60,000 nt of DNA from Lama guanicoe (GCA_013239625.1 MU053652.1:4765902-4825901); one strand, 5' to 3'; positions 24,143 to 37,879 are shown, counted from the stretch's first letter. Made by a program: numbers and translations. Notes: generated by a model not told the origin, from the sequence alone.

Positions 24143-25699
24143 TCCTGGAAGGCTGAGCACAGGCTTGTGGGTTTGGGAAGGGAGTCCTGGACTGTGTGAA
24201 TGACCCGGCATCTCTGACCTTAGAAATCCCACCTCCTTAAAAGGAGATTTCCTGCTCTGACTGCAAAGGCAGCTTTGCATCCTGGGGACTGGCATGGGCT
24301 ATGCTGCAGATAAAACAAGCTCCATCATGAGGTGGTGCACTGGCCTGGATGTTCTGTCCCCTATCCTGAAAGCTCCCAGCCCACAGACCACTACCCATGC
24401 TGCTCCCATCTCATGCATCGGTCTGCTCCCCGCCCCAGCCTTCGGCCTGCAGGTAAGGAATGCAGCCCAGAGGATGCACGTGAGTCCCCGGGGCCTCTCA
24501 GAGGAAAGAACCATGTCTGAGGACGTCCTTGACAGAACAAGCTGGGAAAGAAAAAGGGAAGGAAGTGGGAGAGGAGGAATAAGAGAAAAGGATAGAGAGG
24601 GAGAGCGGGGAAGAAGAGAGAGGCTGATGGTGGGGGTGGGGCTGGGGCGCAGCAACTCCTAGGGGACTCAGGTTACATCCAGATTAGGCAAAAATCAAAG
24701 CACCAAGTGACAACTATCCGTTCCCCTCCTTGTGAAATCACAGCTCCCTTCTGGGAGCACTTTTGTCCTCCTATTGTCACTTCCCCAGGCCCGGCCCGAT
24801 GAGGCCACCTCTGGGGAGAACAAAGGACGCTCTGTAGGCTCTGCTGGGAGGAGAAAGCTCACCCCCGGGAGAAAGGCAGGAGGAAGGCGCGGCAATGTTG
24901 CCATACACGCTCGTGATATTATCAGGTTGGTGTCTAGGATTATGTGTCGTTAGGATCACAGGGTGTAATAACTTCAAGTGCATTTGACATTTCTATTCAA
25001 ACCGTTCTCTGGGGAAACCTATAGGTTTCATTGCTGGTAATTTCTCTGACTCCTTCCTCCCAGAGCTTGGCGTTCTGCCTCAGCCTCCCCTCCTCCCTCC
25101 TTGTCTGGCATGCCCACAATCTCCTCCCAGCTCCCACCCTCAAGGGCAGCAGGTGGTCCTGGGAGGGGAGGAGATGGTAGCTGAGGGAAGGAATCCAGCA
25201 CATTCCTCTTATGTTTTGGATGCAGAAGCTGAGACCCGGAGAAGGAAGAGGACTGGAGCAGGGATACTCCACCAGCTTGGCCCAGCGCGGACCCGAAGGG
25301 ACACTTTGCCCAGGTGCTGCTGGGGCACTGTGAACAGCCCAAGAGGGGGCACTGGCCACCTGGAGAGACTTCCCATTTTGCTGTGAACTCTCCCCTTTCC
25401 TTCCCTTCCTTTCTTGACTTTCTTTCGCCCTTTCTGCACCCTCTCCCCCTTTCTCCCTCTTCTGAAGACTCAGCCTTCACCCTCTGGCTCACTCAGGCTC
25501 TCAGCACACCTCCTGTCTGGTGGGCCAGGCAGAGGGCATGCCACCATGGCTGGTTTCAATCAAACAGCTCACAGCCAAATGAACACATACTCACAAATGC
25601 AGAAAGACACAGCAATGCACAGGCAGCCAAGCAGCTACTCCCCAGAGCTGACACCCCCAGACTCAGAGCTGCGGGCCTTCCTCTCTGTGGTCGTTGTAC

Positions 25700-25885
25700 T
25701 GGCAGTGACTCCTCTCCATGCCCCTGCAAGGCGAGCATTATTATTCCAATATTACAGATGAGGACACTGAGGCACCCACAGAGAGGGTAAAGGGCCTTCC
25801 CAAGGAGACACAGCTCATAGAGGGAGGACCTGCGATTTGAATCCAGATCTGACTGATTCTGAAGGTCAGGTTCTTTCCATTAACA
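25700..25885 (-). mobile_element. MIR
   Basis: attattattccaatattacagatgaggacactgaggcac...atttgaatccagatctgactgattc. Confidence 0.78.
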
Positions 25886-27374
25886 TTGGAAGCAGGAGCC
25901 TTTCCCGGATACTCCCTCTCCCTGGGCCCCACTCCCTTGCCTGGGAACAGCTTCCCTAGGGGGCAGGAATCTGAGTTGCAGTTGAGGGGCTCAAGTGAAG
26001 GGCCAGGGACAGTCAAATGCCTGGGACCTGGACCCAGACACTCACTTTGAAAAGTGACCTAGACCCAAGGGAGTGGCCTGGCGTGCAGACACCTTCCAGC
26101 AAATTTCCATTCCTCCTTCCCTCCCTCTCACCCCCTCACCCTCCATCTCTCTCTCTTCTCCACCACCCCTCTCAGGCACTGATACGCTCAGGACTGAGCC
26201 TCAAAGAAACTTCAGTTCCAAAGGCAAGATCTGCCTTGCCCACCTTGAACAGAGTGGGACTCCGCACGGGTGGAGTGACCCATGCATAGAGCTCTTTGGA
26301 GGCTGTGGGGTGCGCTCCCCAATTATGACCACACGATGGCACCCTTGAGCTGCATATGCATTCCCCACCGGCGGGCAAGTGGCAGGGCATGATCGCCTTC
26401 GCAGCTGTGTGGGATTGGGAGGTCAGGGTGGACCAGGGGTAGGAGCTCTGGCAGTCACAAGCACTGGTCAGCAGGCTTTGTCACCATCTTACCATCTTCT
26501 ACTGATACCTGACTGTGTCCAGGTGGCAGCTCAGCTGACCTCACACACCTACAGTAATTGCTCTGGGACCCATACACCCATTCCTCCTTCCCGAGCCCTC
26601 TCACCCCTAGTGAGTCCCCAGCCTCACTCAGGATCCTTCAGCACCTTTGAACTCAGTGTGGGCCACACACCAGCTCACTTGTTGTCTTACACTTGTCTCT
26701 AGTGGCTTCTACATGGGGAAGGAAACTTCCAGCTGCCTGGTTTCCTGTAGGATGTGGCTGGTGTGACCTGTAATGGGTAATGGGCTTGGGGAGGCCCGAC
26801 ACTGTGTCCCTCACCTTGGGCTGCCCAGGCACAGCAGCCAGGTAGGGCCAGGTGGGAGAATTCCAGATAAGGAGGGGCGGGGGAGCCGGGCGTTTCCGGG
26901 ATGTAGCGTGTCAAGGCACTCAGGACCTCTCTCAGTGGAACATGAGATGGAGCCTGTGCAGCCATCCCTGGTCTGCCGCGGACTCACTGCAGCTGCAGCA
27001 GCGGTCTCCAGACACCTGGCATCCAGCAGGCGGGACAGCAGTCCACACCACCTGCAGCTGTCATAACCCATCTCCCATCTGTGCCGCATTTAGGAAACGA
27101 GGACCCTATTTATCTATATTTTGCATTTCTCCACATTATATAGGTCCTCCTCTGTCCCGCATCCCAACATTGTTCTCACCTTTGGGAACATTTCCTCGGA
27201 CCCTAACCCAAGCCTTGTATGTGACCTCTGCCCTCTGCTCTGTCCCCTGTCCACTGGGGACTGACACCGTGTGGGCCTCCCGAAGGAGGGTCACTCAGCT
27301 CCCTCAGGCCCCTTCCCTTCTCCAGGGTAAGCAATCCCACCTCCTGCCTCTAGAGGTCTCTCTATCCTGAGCCA

Positions 27375-27782
27375 AACAACTCCATTGACTGCTTAACTAA
27401 AGCAATAAAGGATTTTATTGGAAGGTTTGGGGGTGGTTCACAAGATGAAAGCGGGGCAGTTAAAGGCTAGGGAAGGGAGGTGCCAGGCAATTCAGGGGAC
27501 ACAGGCGGCACAGCTCACCGTCTTCTCGTCCGCACAGCCGCTCGGCAATCAGTGTCGATTGTTTCATTTCCAATCTTGAATCCCTCCGCACAGCAGTCCA
27601 ATCCCCAAGGCTGGGTTTTGTACCCAAGTGGGCAGGGAAAGTCAAGATACCTCGAGTGACAATCCTCAGAGAAGTGCCCACGGGGTCGGAGAGGTAATTC
27701 CCCAAAAGGAGCCCAGAGGGAGGTGGTGTACAGACAGGACAGAAGGCTAGAGCCAAGCCTCCACAAAACATCCACCACCTTG
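27375..27782 (-). mobile_element. old MLT1 (K/L-like) solo LTR
   Basis: taactaaagcaataaaggattttattggaagg...aggtaattccccaaaagga...aaaacatccaccac. Confidence 0.55.
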
Positions 27783-30329
27783 AACTGAGCCACTCCTGTT
27801 TCTTCTTACCTGGTGGAATCTCCCATAGACCTGCCCTCAGGTAGTTGATCGATGGCGCGGTGGAGCACTGAGGCACAGAGAGGTTCAGCACTTGTCCTAA
27901 AGCCACCCAGCAGCTCTAAGGGATAGCCAGGTTGATGGCTCCACTTGGTGTCTGGGCGTTTGGTGTGTAACCCACTTGGAGCCCTTGGGGGGACGTCCCC
28001 TCTCTGTAGACAAGGCCTCCCGCAGATACTTTTTGGGGTAAGGGCTTCCTGACTGCTGCAGAGAGGAACAGCAAGCCCAGACCGCAAAAAGATCCAAAGG
28101 AGACTGCGGCCCTCCTGGGGCAGGAGGGCAGGAGAGGAAGGTGCACCCCTCAGGCGTGCTGGGCTTGCAGGAGGCCTTCCGTCAGGGAGGTGGGGCCGGG
28201 ACCTGGGGGGGGGGTGGCAGAGCTGAGAGCCCCAGGAAGCAGGTGAGGCTGGAATCCCAGTCATCCCTCCCTCCACCCACCCAGGGACACAGCCTGATTC
28301 TTACCTGATTCAGAGCTGGGAGGAGAGTAGTGTGCCCCAGGCAAGGGGCTATTTGAATCTGCATGTCGCCTCTTCCGATCCAGGCCTCCCTGTATTCTGA
28401 TCTTGTGGAATTTTAGTCTCCTGCTGTGATTGGAGTTCAGTTAGATAATTTGGCTGGTGATGGGGGAAGGGTTCACTGCAGCATCAGTGCACCCAGGTCC
28501 CTGTGGGAACTCTCCCAGAGTCACACAAAACACCAAGAGCCCCAAGGAGATGTTGCTGGGTGAGACTTCTGAGGCCGGATACCTCTGGTCTGTTCTGACA
28601 GTGCCCTTTGTTTCGGCAGATGAGATTGTTATGGCGAAGTCAGGAATCAAGCGTCAGCAGGCTTCGCCTGATAAACCTCCTCTGCCTGTGTCAAATGGGC
28701 CACTTCACGTTGGTGGCAACTAAACCCCCACATCTCAGTGCCCTCCTGCTCCCATGATGGGGGGAGTCGGCCGAGCTTTCCAGAACTCCCTGAGCTGGCC
28801 TGGCCTAGGTCTTACCTGCCTTACCTGGAGGACCCCCCCGGAAGCCACAGGTGCTGAAGAGAGGAGGAAGTCGTGGCTGAGCCAACATCGCAAGTCTGCA
28901 CAACAGACGGCTTCGGCCTGCGGTCCATGCAGGGCTCAGGATGGGATGGTTTGACTTGTGCTTTTCCTGAATGAGCTGAAGAGGCATCCGGGTCCTGCCA
29001 GAGAGAGTGGGCCCTCGTGCCTCCCAGACTCTCAACACAGGCTTGTAGAAGGGGCTCCCTAGGGGCTCTGACCCTGCTCCTTGGACTGGTCTAGGGGAGA
29101 GACCAGAATGTGGGACCCGTAGCCAGAAATGAGAGCATATGGCCGCCGGGCAGGCTGCAGTGGAGGGCACGGGGGTGCCTGTGCCCGGACAGGTGTCCAT
29201 GCTGCTTCCGCATGGGTGAACCTGAGCCTGCTTTCTCAGGAGGAAGAAGAGGAAACCCTTTCCTGCCCCAGGGAGCGGGCCTCCCCTTCCTTGATGCTCA
29301 GCCTTACCCCCATCTCTCCATTCCCTGGAATCCATTCCTGGTGGTGACTCAGCTGCATCAGAGGACCAGAGACTGCTGCTGCTTCAGGGTCTTCATAGGA
29401 GTGGAGAATCACCCACAGCCCCCTCTGAGCTCTGGCTGCTCCCAGTGTCCCCCCGCTAACTGCCGGTTCCACCCTACCCAGCATGGTTCCCGGGGGATCT
29501 CTCCTGCCCGCTTCCCTGGCTGCAGCCTGCACCGGAACCAGCACGAGCACGACATTGGGGGCATGGGGGAGGCACACCGGAGGGTCTGAGCTGAGCCACG
29601 CAGGCCTGGGTGCTGGACCATGAGGCAGGGCTGCTGAGGGCCACCAGGGAGTGAGCCCGCCCAGACCCAGAGGGCCCCGCAGGGTGTTCTCTCTTGGGCC
29701 TCACCTGAGGCCTCCTCTCCGAGGCTCCTCCTTTGACGTCTGCGCTCATGTGCGGACCACCAGCACATGCTGCTCACTTGATCCCCACTGCTACCCGGGG
29801 AGTGGGAACTCTTAACCCCCTACAGGGGAGGACGCTGAGGCCGACCTGTCTAATCACAGCTGGTGAGTGGCTGAGACCCAGCGGGAACCCAGCTGGGGTC
29901 CGTCTGACCCTACAGCCCAGGCGGCTCCCTCCACCCTTGGCCTCCAGGACATGACAGGACCTAGACTGTTGCTGATGGCCCCCTCCCTGACTCTTTCCTT
30001 CTCCTACTACCTATCTGGGGAGTTTCTGCTGCCTTCACGTCTTAGGCTCAGTTCTAGTTCCACTGCCCAATAGTGGGTACTTGACCTCTCTGTACCCCAG
30101 CGTCCTACCCTGTGTCTGGGTCAGACAGAAACACCTCGTGCTCCTGCTACCAAGTCTACCCATCCACCTGTGCGCTTTGACCTCTTCGCCTTCTGACCTA
30201 CGGTGAGCCATCCTGCCCCTACCTAAGGCCCGCCCCCTCTGGCCACCTGGCAGATGTCGCCTGCTCTCCCCTGACTGGTCAGTCTCCCCTCTTGGGTCGT
30301 TCCCACCGAATGAAAGCCTTCCTCTGGTC

Positions 30330-30830
30330 ACGTGTCACTCTCTAGGTCCTGCCCATCTTGCAGGCAAAACTATTTGCTGCTCCACTTGCCCACCTCCCAC
30401 TCTCTCCTGGACCCCCTGCAGTCACTTTTGTCCCTGAGATCACTCCTATCAAGGTCACCATCATGTCCATGCTGGAAGTCCAGTGGATGATTCTCCAAAC
30501 TTGTCTCACCTGACCAGTCAACAGCCTTGGACAGTTGATTGCTAGGTCCTCCTGGAAACTAAGGGAAGGTCTTCCCTCAGCTCCTGGAACCCTCTTGCCA
30601 CCCACCACCCCCCGCCACCCGCAGCTGTCCTCCTGCCCCACTGACTGCTCCTTTGCTGGCTGCATGCTGAGCGCTGCGCCACCTCATCTCCCCAACCCCC
30701 CGGTGCCAGAGTCACCCGGGGTGTGGTCCATGCCCCTCCTCTCCTCTCCCTCCACTCTCAGCCCTTAGTCATCTCGTCTAAATCAACTGTGACCCCACCT
30801 CTGCACCCCTAATTCCAGTCAGTTCCAGGT
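30330..30830 (+). mobile_element. LINE-2 fragment
   Basis: tcctatcaaggtcaccat...tccagtgga...tcctcctgccccactgactgctcctttgctgg...cccctcctctcctct. Confidence 0.6.
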
Positions 30831-31469
30831 TCTGCCTCCAAAGGCCTCTCTGATTCCAGCTCTCTGTGCACCTGCCCCCACCCCCTCCCACCGGGACTGG
30901 CTGAGCTGTTCTGATCCTGGCCCCTCACCCCTCTGGCAATAAGCTGTGTACTTTGCTGAGATCCTCACCTTCCCAATGTGCCTCTTGGGATTTGGAAAGT
31001 GTAAAACATGGGATGGAGCACCGGAAGAGGACCTCGGGCTGCCCTCCTGCTCCAACTCTTCCCATGCAGGCTGGACAAGCTTCTCAGAAATGCTTTCCTC
31101 AGGCCATGCCCTTGCTGATGACGGGGCAGGGGATGGGGGTGAGTCCAGCATCTCTGGTCTACTATGGTGTCTGGTGGGGAGGCTGGAGCTCCCTCTGTCC
31201 CCCCGGCTCTTCTGCCTGGCACACCGCCTGCTCAGACAGGATCAGCCTCACCAGATCCCAACATTGTCCCCTGTCCAAGCTCAGCCCCAAGCTCTGCTTG
31301 TCCCAAGGAGGTTATCTCTCCCTCCCCCAGGATGTCTTCATCCTCCAGCTCCTGCCCACTTTCCCCGTTGAACCCCTCCCCTGCTCAGTCTCCATCAGTT
31401 CCACCTCCTTCCTGGCACTTCCCTGGGTTCCCTAAATGTGGTCCTGAATTCCTGACGCATGTGCTTCGG

Positions 31470-32330
31470 GGCCACTGGTTGTTCACTTGGCAGATGTCAG
31501 CTGAGTGCCTGCCACATGCCATACCTGTGCAAGGTGCTGGGGGTGGAGACATGAGCCCACTACAGACCCTGCCCCAGGAGCTCCCAGCTTAGAAGGGAAG
31601 TGTAGACACCACCCTCTGGATGCCCTGAGCCCCTCAGACAAAACTCATCCCCCACTGAGCTCCTTAGCCTCCCCAGGAGCTGATCTCCCTCGGGCTCCCC
31701 TCTGCCAATGTGCCAGCACACACAGTGATGGGCTAGGTCGGCAGCGCTGGGTGCTCAGGAAGGGAAGACTTACCCGGGCAGGGTTGGGGGAGCATGAGGA
31801 GACTGCCGGGCTTCACCAAGGAGCTGGGAGCTGCACCGGGGAGGGTAGGAGGAGTTTGAACTTCTGGGACTGGCAGGCAGAGAGCGAGACTGGCAGAAGC
31901 AAAGGCTCCAGGTAGAAAAAGGCCCCAGGGCGGAGTGTGGGGTGGTTTGTTGGGGCAGGATGGGGAGCAGTGAGAAAAGGTGTCAGGCCATGGCCAAAGC
32001 TCAGCCTCCAGTGTCAGGCATTTGCTCCAGCAGGCAATGGGCAGCTTCCGAAGGTTTCTGAGCAGGAAAAATTTATGAAATTGATTGGAGGAGGGAGAGG
32101 CTGCAGGTGGGGGAGAAGTTAGAGGCTTTGCAACAGTTCTGATGAGAGGTCATGGGACGGACCTGACCCTGAAAGATGGGAGGAGGGGCCGATGCAGCAA
32201 ATGTATGAGGATGTAACAGTCAGGAGCGGACAAGGTGCACGTCATCCGGGAGGTGGGGAGTGGGGTCAAAGCGGTGAGGACAGAGGGGCAAACCCAGGGA
32301 GAAAGTGACCTGCAGTCCAATTTAATAAAC
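31470..32330 (-). mobile_element. fragmented LINE-2
   Basis: ctgagtgcctgccacatgcca...gacagcaaaggc-type and gcaatgggcagcttccgaaggtttctgagcagg antisense L2 motifs. Confidence 0.55.
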
Positions 32331-32885
32331 AGAAGTCGAAGGCCCACTGCATAGAGGGGCACTTTCAGCTCGCAAGGTGTAGGACTTGATAATGACCGTG
32401 CTATGTGAAGGGCAGAAGGGGCAGAGCGAGGCAGAAATAGAAGCTGGAGGCTGCCCAGAGAGGAGCCACAAAGCAGGAGGCAGGGAAGGGAGCGCGTGGA
32501 CATGGCCACTGTGCTCCAGGCTGGTGTGGGGAGGCTTCTCTGGCACTGATCCGCAGCCCTGGCTGTGCGGAGGCGGGTGAGCAGGCTGTGCCTGCAGGAG
32601 TGGGCCCCAGCAGGCCAGGCCTGGGGTGGGGGGTGCACAGGGAGCCAGCTGGCTGGGGTCTCTTGAGACAGTGGAATCCCCATCCCAGCTTGGAACAGGG
32701 AGCTCAGTGGGGATTTGTGCCCAGCACCACTGAATGGTGGTCACTGGGCACAGGTAGAGCTCTGGGTTCCAGTCCCAACTCTGCCAATGGGCTGGGTGAC
32801 CTCGGGGGCCTCCTGCACTCCTCTCAAAGGCCAGTTCTAACGCCCCTTAACTGTAAAATGAGTTTCCGACACTCAAAGGAGGGGG

Positions 32886-32933
32886 TGCCTCCACCTCCTT
32901 GCTGTTCTGCCTCCACCTCCTTGCTGTTCTGCC
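32886..32933. repeat. 22-bp perfect tandem duplication (tgcctccacctccttgctgttc)x2
   Basis: Directly visible. Confidence 0.95.
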
Positions 32934-32989
32934 CAAAATGTAGAGCCCACTATGGGAACCTCCCCTTCCTCACCCCTTATTTCCAATAT

Positions 32990-33690
32990 GTCTCAAATTC
33001 AAACTTCTGAATGTATTTTGAATCTACCCACTGCTCCTGCCCTATAGAAGACCCCCCTGCACTGCCGACCTTGTTGAACACAGTAGCCTCCTACCTGGTC
33101 ACTCCACAGCCACTTGCACTTCGCAATTTTTTTTTTTTTACTGCACATCTGCTCATTCTTTCCCCTCCTTAAAAAAGAATCCCTAAATAATTTCTTACCA
33201 TCTTTAAAATTAAACCCACGTGTGATCGCCTGCCCTCTCCAGCTCCCAGGGCTCCTCCTATGTCAATCTTTCCCTCTCTCCTGATGCTCCAGCCACATTG
33301 GCATTCTTCCAACTCCTTGACCATGCCAGGCTTGCCTCAGGGCCTTGGCCCTTGCTGTCCCCTCTGCCAGGCACGCCACCCCTCCTGCTCCACCTGGACA
33401 ACTCCCACTCAGCCTCCAGAGCAGGGCTTCATTGTCACTCCCTCTAGGAGACTTTTCTGAGCACCTAAATGAAATCCAGTCTGTTAGTCCGTTGTTGCAT
33501 AGCACCCTGGACTTCTTCCTAGCACTTAATCTTCTTTTGCAAATATATATTTATTAGTGTGTTTTTTTGTTTGCTTGTTTAAGGCCTGCCTATCCCACTA
33601 GACTGTAAACCCATGAGGACAGAAATCATTCTGTCTTGTTGGCTGCTGTATACCAGCCTCCATAGTTAGTGTTGATGAGATGAAGGAAGA
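32990..33690 (+). mobile_element. LINE-2 3' part
   Basis: agtagcctcctacctggtc...gctccagccacattggc...tgcctcagggccttgg...ccactagactgtaaacccatgaggacaga. Confidence 0.8.
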
Positions 33691-35569
33691 GAGGAAGGTA
33701 AGGAGGGAGGGAGGGGGAGGGGGGATGGAGCAGGGACCATGCTTCCTTGTTGTAACTGCTGCTACCCCAGCTGATCCTCTCTCCCCACAGAGCTCCCGGA
33801 GACCGCCCCTTCATACGTGCGTCCCTTCTATTCCTGTGAAATAGAGCTCCTGCTAAAATTAGGCATTTTTACATTGTGACTTCATCATTTGCTGAATCAG
33901 CTTTTCTGTATCTTTCTTCATTTTCGCCTCATATTTTTTTATTTGTCACCTGCCTGGTAACACGTTATTCCTTGTAATTTTCTCCACTTCATATTTACGT
34001 TTTCCTCTTTCGTGTTAAAATAGAAACATTCCTTATTCAAGTTTTGCTCATTAATTTATAGACCATTCCTTTTATCAGCTCAGTAATAATATTTCTCGGA
34101 TCTATTATAAGTCCTTGTTGTCCTCATAGTTTCATTAACCATAAAATGAAGCTAAATAGAGTAACAGTTGTTTAATTTAACATCTGAATCTTATTCTTGT
34201 TCAGGAAATAATTTAGATAAAAATAACTGTTGCATACTCTGAATGGTGGGTGAAGCGAGGTACTGCAGTTTATAGAATTTCGTTCTATAAATAATCTTAG
34301 CGTTTCCTGATTTGTTTATTTCTGTTGCTAATAGAAACCCAGCCTCCCACCCCCATTCTGCCATCTGAACTCACTGGGTCTGGGAATTTGGACTCTGAAA
34401 AGAGGGCCTCAAAATCTGAATGCTGCCCTGATTCCCTGGGGGTCTCCAGGATCTGACCTCCAGAAGCAAGAACTTGTCCCAAAGGTCAGATATTTAAGTG
34501 TGCAGAGAGAACACTGCTCCTCATTTACCTGGAGACCAGGCCTGGAAGCATCACCCTCTGGATTTAGAGGGAGTAAGATGCAGCTAACTGGCCCAGCAGG
34601 GGAGCATATCACACCCGAGGAGGAGTGGTTCCAGGAGTTGTGCTGCTGGACCTGCCTGGAGGGGCCCTCGGGGGGAGTCTGGGGCTCAGAGCTGTGGCCA
34701 AGGCCACATCCAAGTGCCTAGGAGTTGGGTCTCAGCAAATGCAAGCCGACCAGCTGGTCTGGAGGAAGCCTGGGGACAGGGAAATGGGAGCAGAGGCTTG
34801 GGGTTCGTTTTCCACCCTGTCCGGGAGGGAGGCAGCCTGGGTCTAGAGGAGGGAGGGCCCACGCCTGCGCTCACTCTCCTGTCCCTGCCCACCACGCGGT
34901 GCCCTCCTCCTAGGCTTCCCAGATGTCCTCTGGTGACCCACACCCACACAGCAACTTAGGCTGTGGACAGCTGCCAGACAGGAGTGTGCCAAGCCCTGGA
35001 AAATTACCCTGACCCTTTCCACCCACAGTCAAGGGATAAACCTGCCTTCAGGCCTTCTCTACTATTAGTGAGCCCTGGCAGTGCTCTGGGAGAATGAATG
35101 GAAAGTTGTGATTCTGACGCTGCAAAGGTCACATGCAGACTGGAGACCCAGAGCACAGGCTGGCGTGGAGGCCCAAGGAGAAGCCAGGGCTGCCCTCCCA
35201 CCTGCCCTGCCTCCCCTCCTGCCTTGCTTGTCTTCCCTGGGAAGAGTTTTTCTCTAGATCGCTGTCTTCTTCCTCTGTTCCCACGTCTCGGTCCCTCTGC
35301 CTGTCTCCCCCCGCACAACTACCTCCTATGGAAGTTTGGTTCTCTTCTTCCTGGGGCAGTAAATAAAGCTGAGCGGGGAAAAGGCAGTGAGAAAAGTGAA
35401 GTGTTTGCCACCTTGTCCCCACCCAAGGTCTGCAGGGCGTGCAGACCAGGGCAGCACTGGGACGGACACACAGGGACAAGCAGCCACTGGCTGAGTATCA
35501 CAACGTGGCTGTGACCCACACGGACGTGGGTGAGGAAAGTCTGTTTGACATCATGAGTAACTGTGACCA

Positions 35570-37150
35570 CCAATTACTCACGATGGGGCAGAGGAGGTAA
35601 AAGCAGGTGCCGGACTTTGACTCTGGCCACGATAGAGCCGCCAGGACTGGACTTGCCCTGCTGACTTGAACCACAAATTATGTGCAGCAACTGTTTCAAC
35701 TGTCGGGTAACAGGCAGTGCAAGACTGCAATTATCGAGAAGGGACAGACAGAGGTTAGGTCCCTGTTTGCCTCAGATTTCTAGCCAGGCACTTTCTGCAT
35801 GGCAGAGATCAGAGTTCAGGGCTGCTGAAGTGGCCAGAATTTGAGGGGCAGGATAGCTGTCATGGGTGGAATTGTGCCCATCCCACAAATTCACATGTTG
35901 AAGCTCTAATCCCCAGTACCTCAGAATGTGACTATATTTGGAGACAGGGACTTTAAAGATGTGATTAAGTTAAAATAAGGCTGTTAAGGTGGACCCTAAT
36001 CTAATCTGACTGGTGTCCTTATAAGAAGAGAAAATCTGGATACACAGAGACACACACACGCAGGACACTTTGACCTCATGCTTCTAGCCTCCGTAACTAT
36101 GAGAAACAACTTTTGGTTGTTTAAGCCCCTCAGTCTGCGGCACTTTGTTACGGCAGCTCTAGCAGACTAACACAGCAGTGAGGAGAGGGGAGGTGTGCTG
36201 GAGGGACCGGTGGCATCTACAAGGTCTCTCCAGGGGCTCCTCTGCGTGGGGCAAGACTCCGCAAAGCCCAGCAGAGAGTGGCTCCTGTGCAGGGTGACTG
36301 CGGATCATGCAGGGTTCAGAGACCAAATTCCAGTCCAGCCAAAAGTAGCAAGACCTCAGGAAGGACTGTGAGCATTCAGGAGGGATCCCAGAAAGGCAGC
36401 AGTTTAGGGCTAACAACCATGACTTGGTGCCGTACTCTAAGACCAAGGGGAAAAAACCATATTAGCCTGCCAGCATCAAGATGATACACCTGCAATTTAA
36501 TGTCTACCAGAACAAAACTCAACAACCTTTAAAGGAACAAAACACAAACTAGACTCCCTAAAATGTCTCATCCATAATGGCCTAGAATGAGAAAACAGTT
36601 TAGACATAAGGAGAAGCAGGCAAATGAGACCCATAATCAAGAAAAATAGACCCAGTACAAACAGATCCCCACATAACCACGATGTTAGAATTAGCAGAGA
36701 GGAACTTTAAAAAAACTATCATGAATATGTTCGGGCATTTAAAAGGAAAAGATCTTCATAATGAGTGAACAGATGTAGAAATTTCAGCAGAGAATGGAAA
36801 AAAGAACCAAATGGAAATTCCAGAACTGAAAGCTACAGAAACTAAAACAAAAAATGCACTGGATAAGCTAAAAACATCAGATTGGAATCTGCAGAAGAAA
36901 GAGTCACTGAGCTTGAAAATAGATCAATAGAAATTATCTCATCTGAAGACCACAGAGAAAAATGATTTTAAAAAAGGAACAGAGATTCACTGACCCATGG
37001 GACCCATGGGACAATGCCAGGTTATTTAACATAAAAAAACTCAGAAGCAAAGGAGGGAGACAATTAAGCAGAGAATATACTCAGAAATAAAAGTTGAAAA
37101 TTCCCGAATTTGGTGAAAACTTATTCACATACAGATTTAAGAAGCTGCAG
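35570..37150 (+). mobile_element. old L1M 5'UTR/ORF1 relic, interrupted by MLT1B
   Basis: gatgttagaattagcaga...aaaaagaaccaaatggaaattccagaactgaaa...gagcttgaaaatagatcaatagaaattatc (ORF1 coiled-coil region). Confidence 0.8.
35858..36174 (+). mobile_element. ERVL-MaLR solo LTR (MLT1B-like, internally deleted)
   Basis: tgtcatggg...aaattcacatgttgaagctctaatccccagtacctcagaatgtgactatatttggagacaggg...ggcagctctagcagactaacaca. Confidence 0.9.
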
Positions 37151-37280
37151 ATCTAAGAATGGTGCCCTGACTTGAGGCTGAGGAGGAGGAGGGGGCTGGG
37201 CAGGAGCCAGAGTGCTGGAGAAGACTGGTAATCTGGGGGTCAGACTGGGAGAGTGTAATGGCCCTAGGCAGGGCAAGTGC

Positions 37281-37364
37281 AAAGGGAGAGAAGAGGGAGG
37301 GGGAGGGGAGAAGAGGGAAAAGGGGAGAAGGGGAGGGGGAGGGGAGAAGATGGGGAGGGGAGAA
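37281..37364. repeat. polypurine (GA-rich) low-complexity tract
   Basis: 70 consecutive purines 37281-37350, one T, then further purines. Confidence 0.9.
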
Positions 37365-37879
37365 CCAGCAGGGCTAGCTCTCCCTCTCAGCAGCCCTGCG
37401 ACCTCAGGGAAATGAACCCGGAGCCCACAGTCGGCACTTGAGGACTGGGTGGGAAGGGGAAAGCGGGAAGAAAGGCAATAGCCTGAGATAATTTATTTTA
37501 TTGTTTAGAAGTTTACTGCTGAAGGGAAAGGAAGCAGAGAGAGGGCAGCAGCTGAGGAGGGAGCTAGTTGAGGGGAGTTATTGCTGTTTTAAGTTGTGGG
37601 GAAGTGATTAAAGACAGAAGGAAAAACAAGTAAGATTTTCAAAAGAGTCAAGCAGGTATGGGGCCAAAGACTCAAGTGGAGCCCCTTGGAAGCCCCTTGG
37701 AAGCCCCTTGAAAATACCAGCATGTTTGAAGGAGAAACAGAGAATACAGTGAGTGATGTTTCAACACGGTGGGAAAGGAGGCTGAGGTCAAATCCCAGAA
37801 AGTGTGGTGCAAACCCTGATCTGGTCACACAGTGGCTCATACTTAGACAAGAGCAGGCACTGATCTAGATGTGGACATT

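Noticed and set aside
23300..32750. Many overlapping 100-177 aa ORFs on both strands
   Set aside because: Expected in GC-rich DNA with few stop codons; Pro/Gly/Ser-rich translations with no recognisable domain or strand consistency
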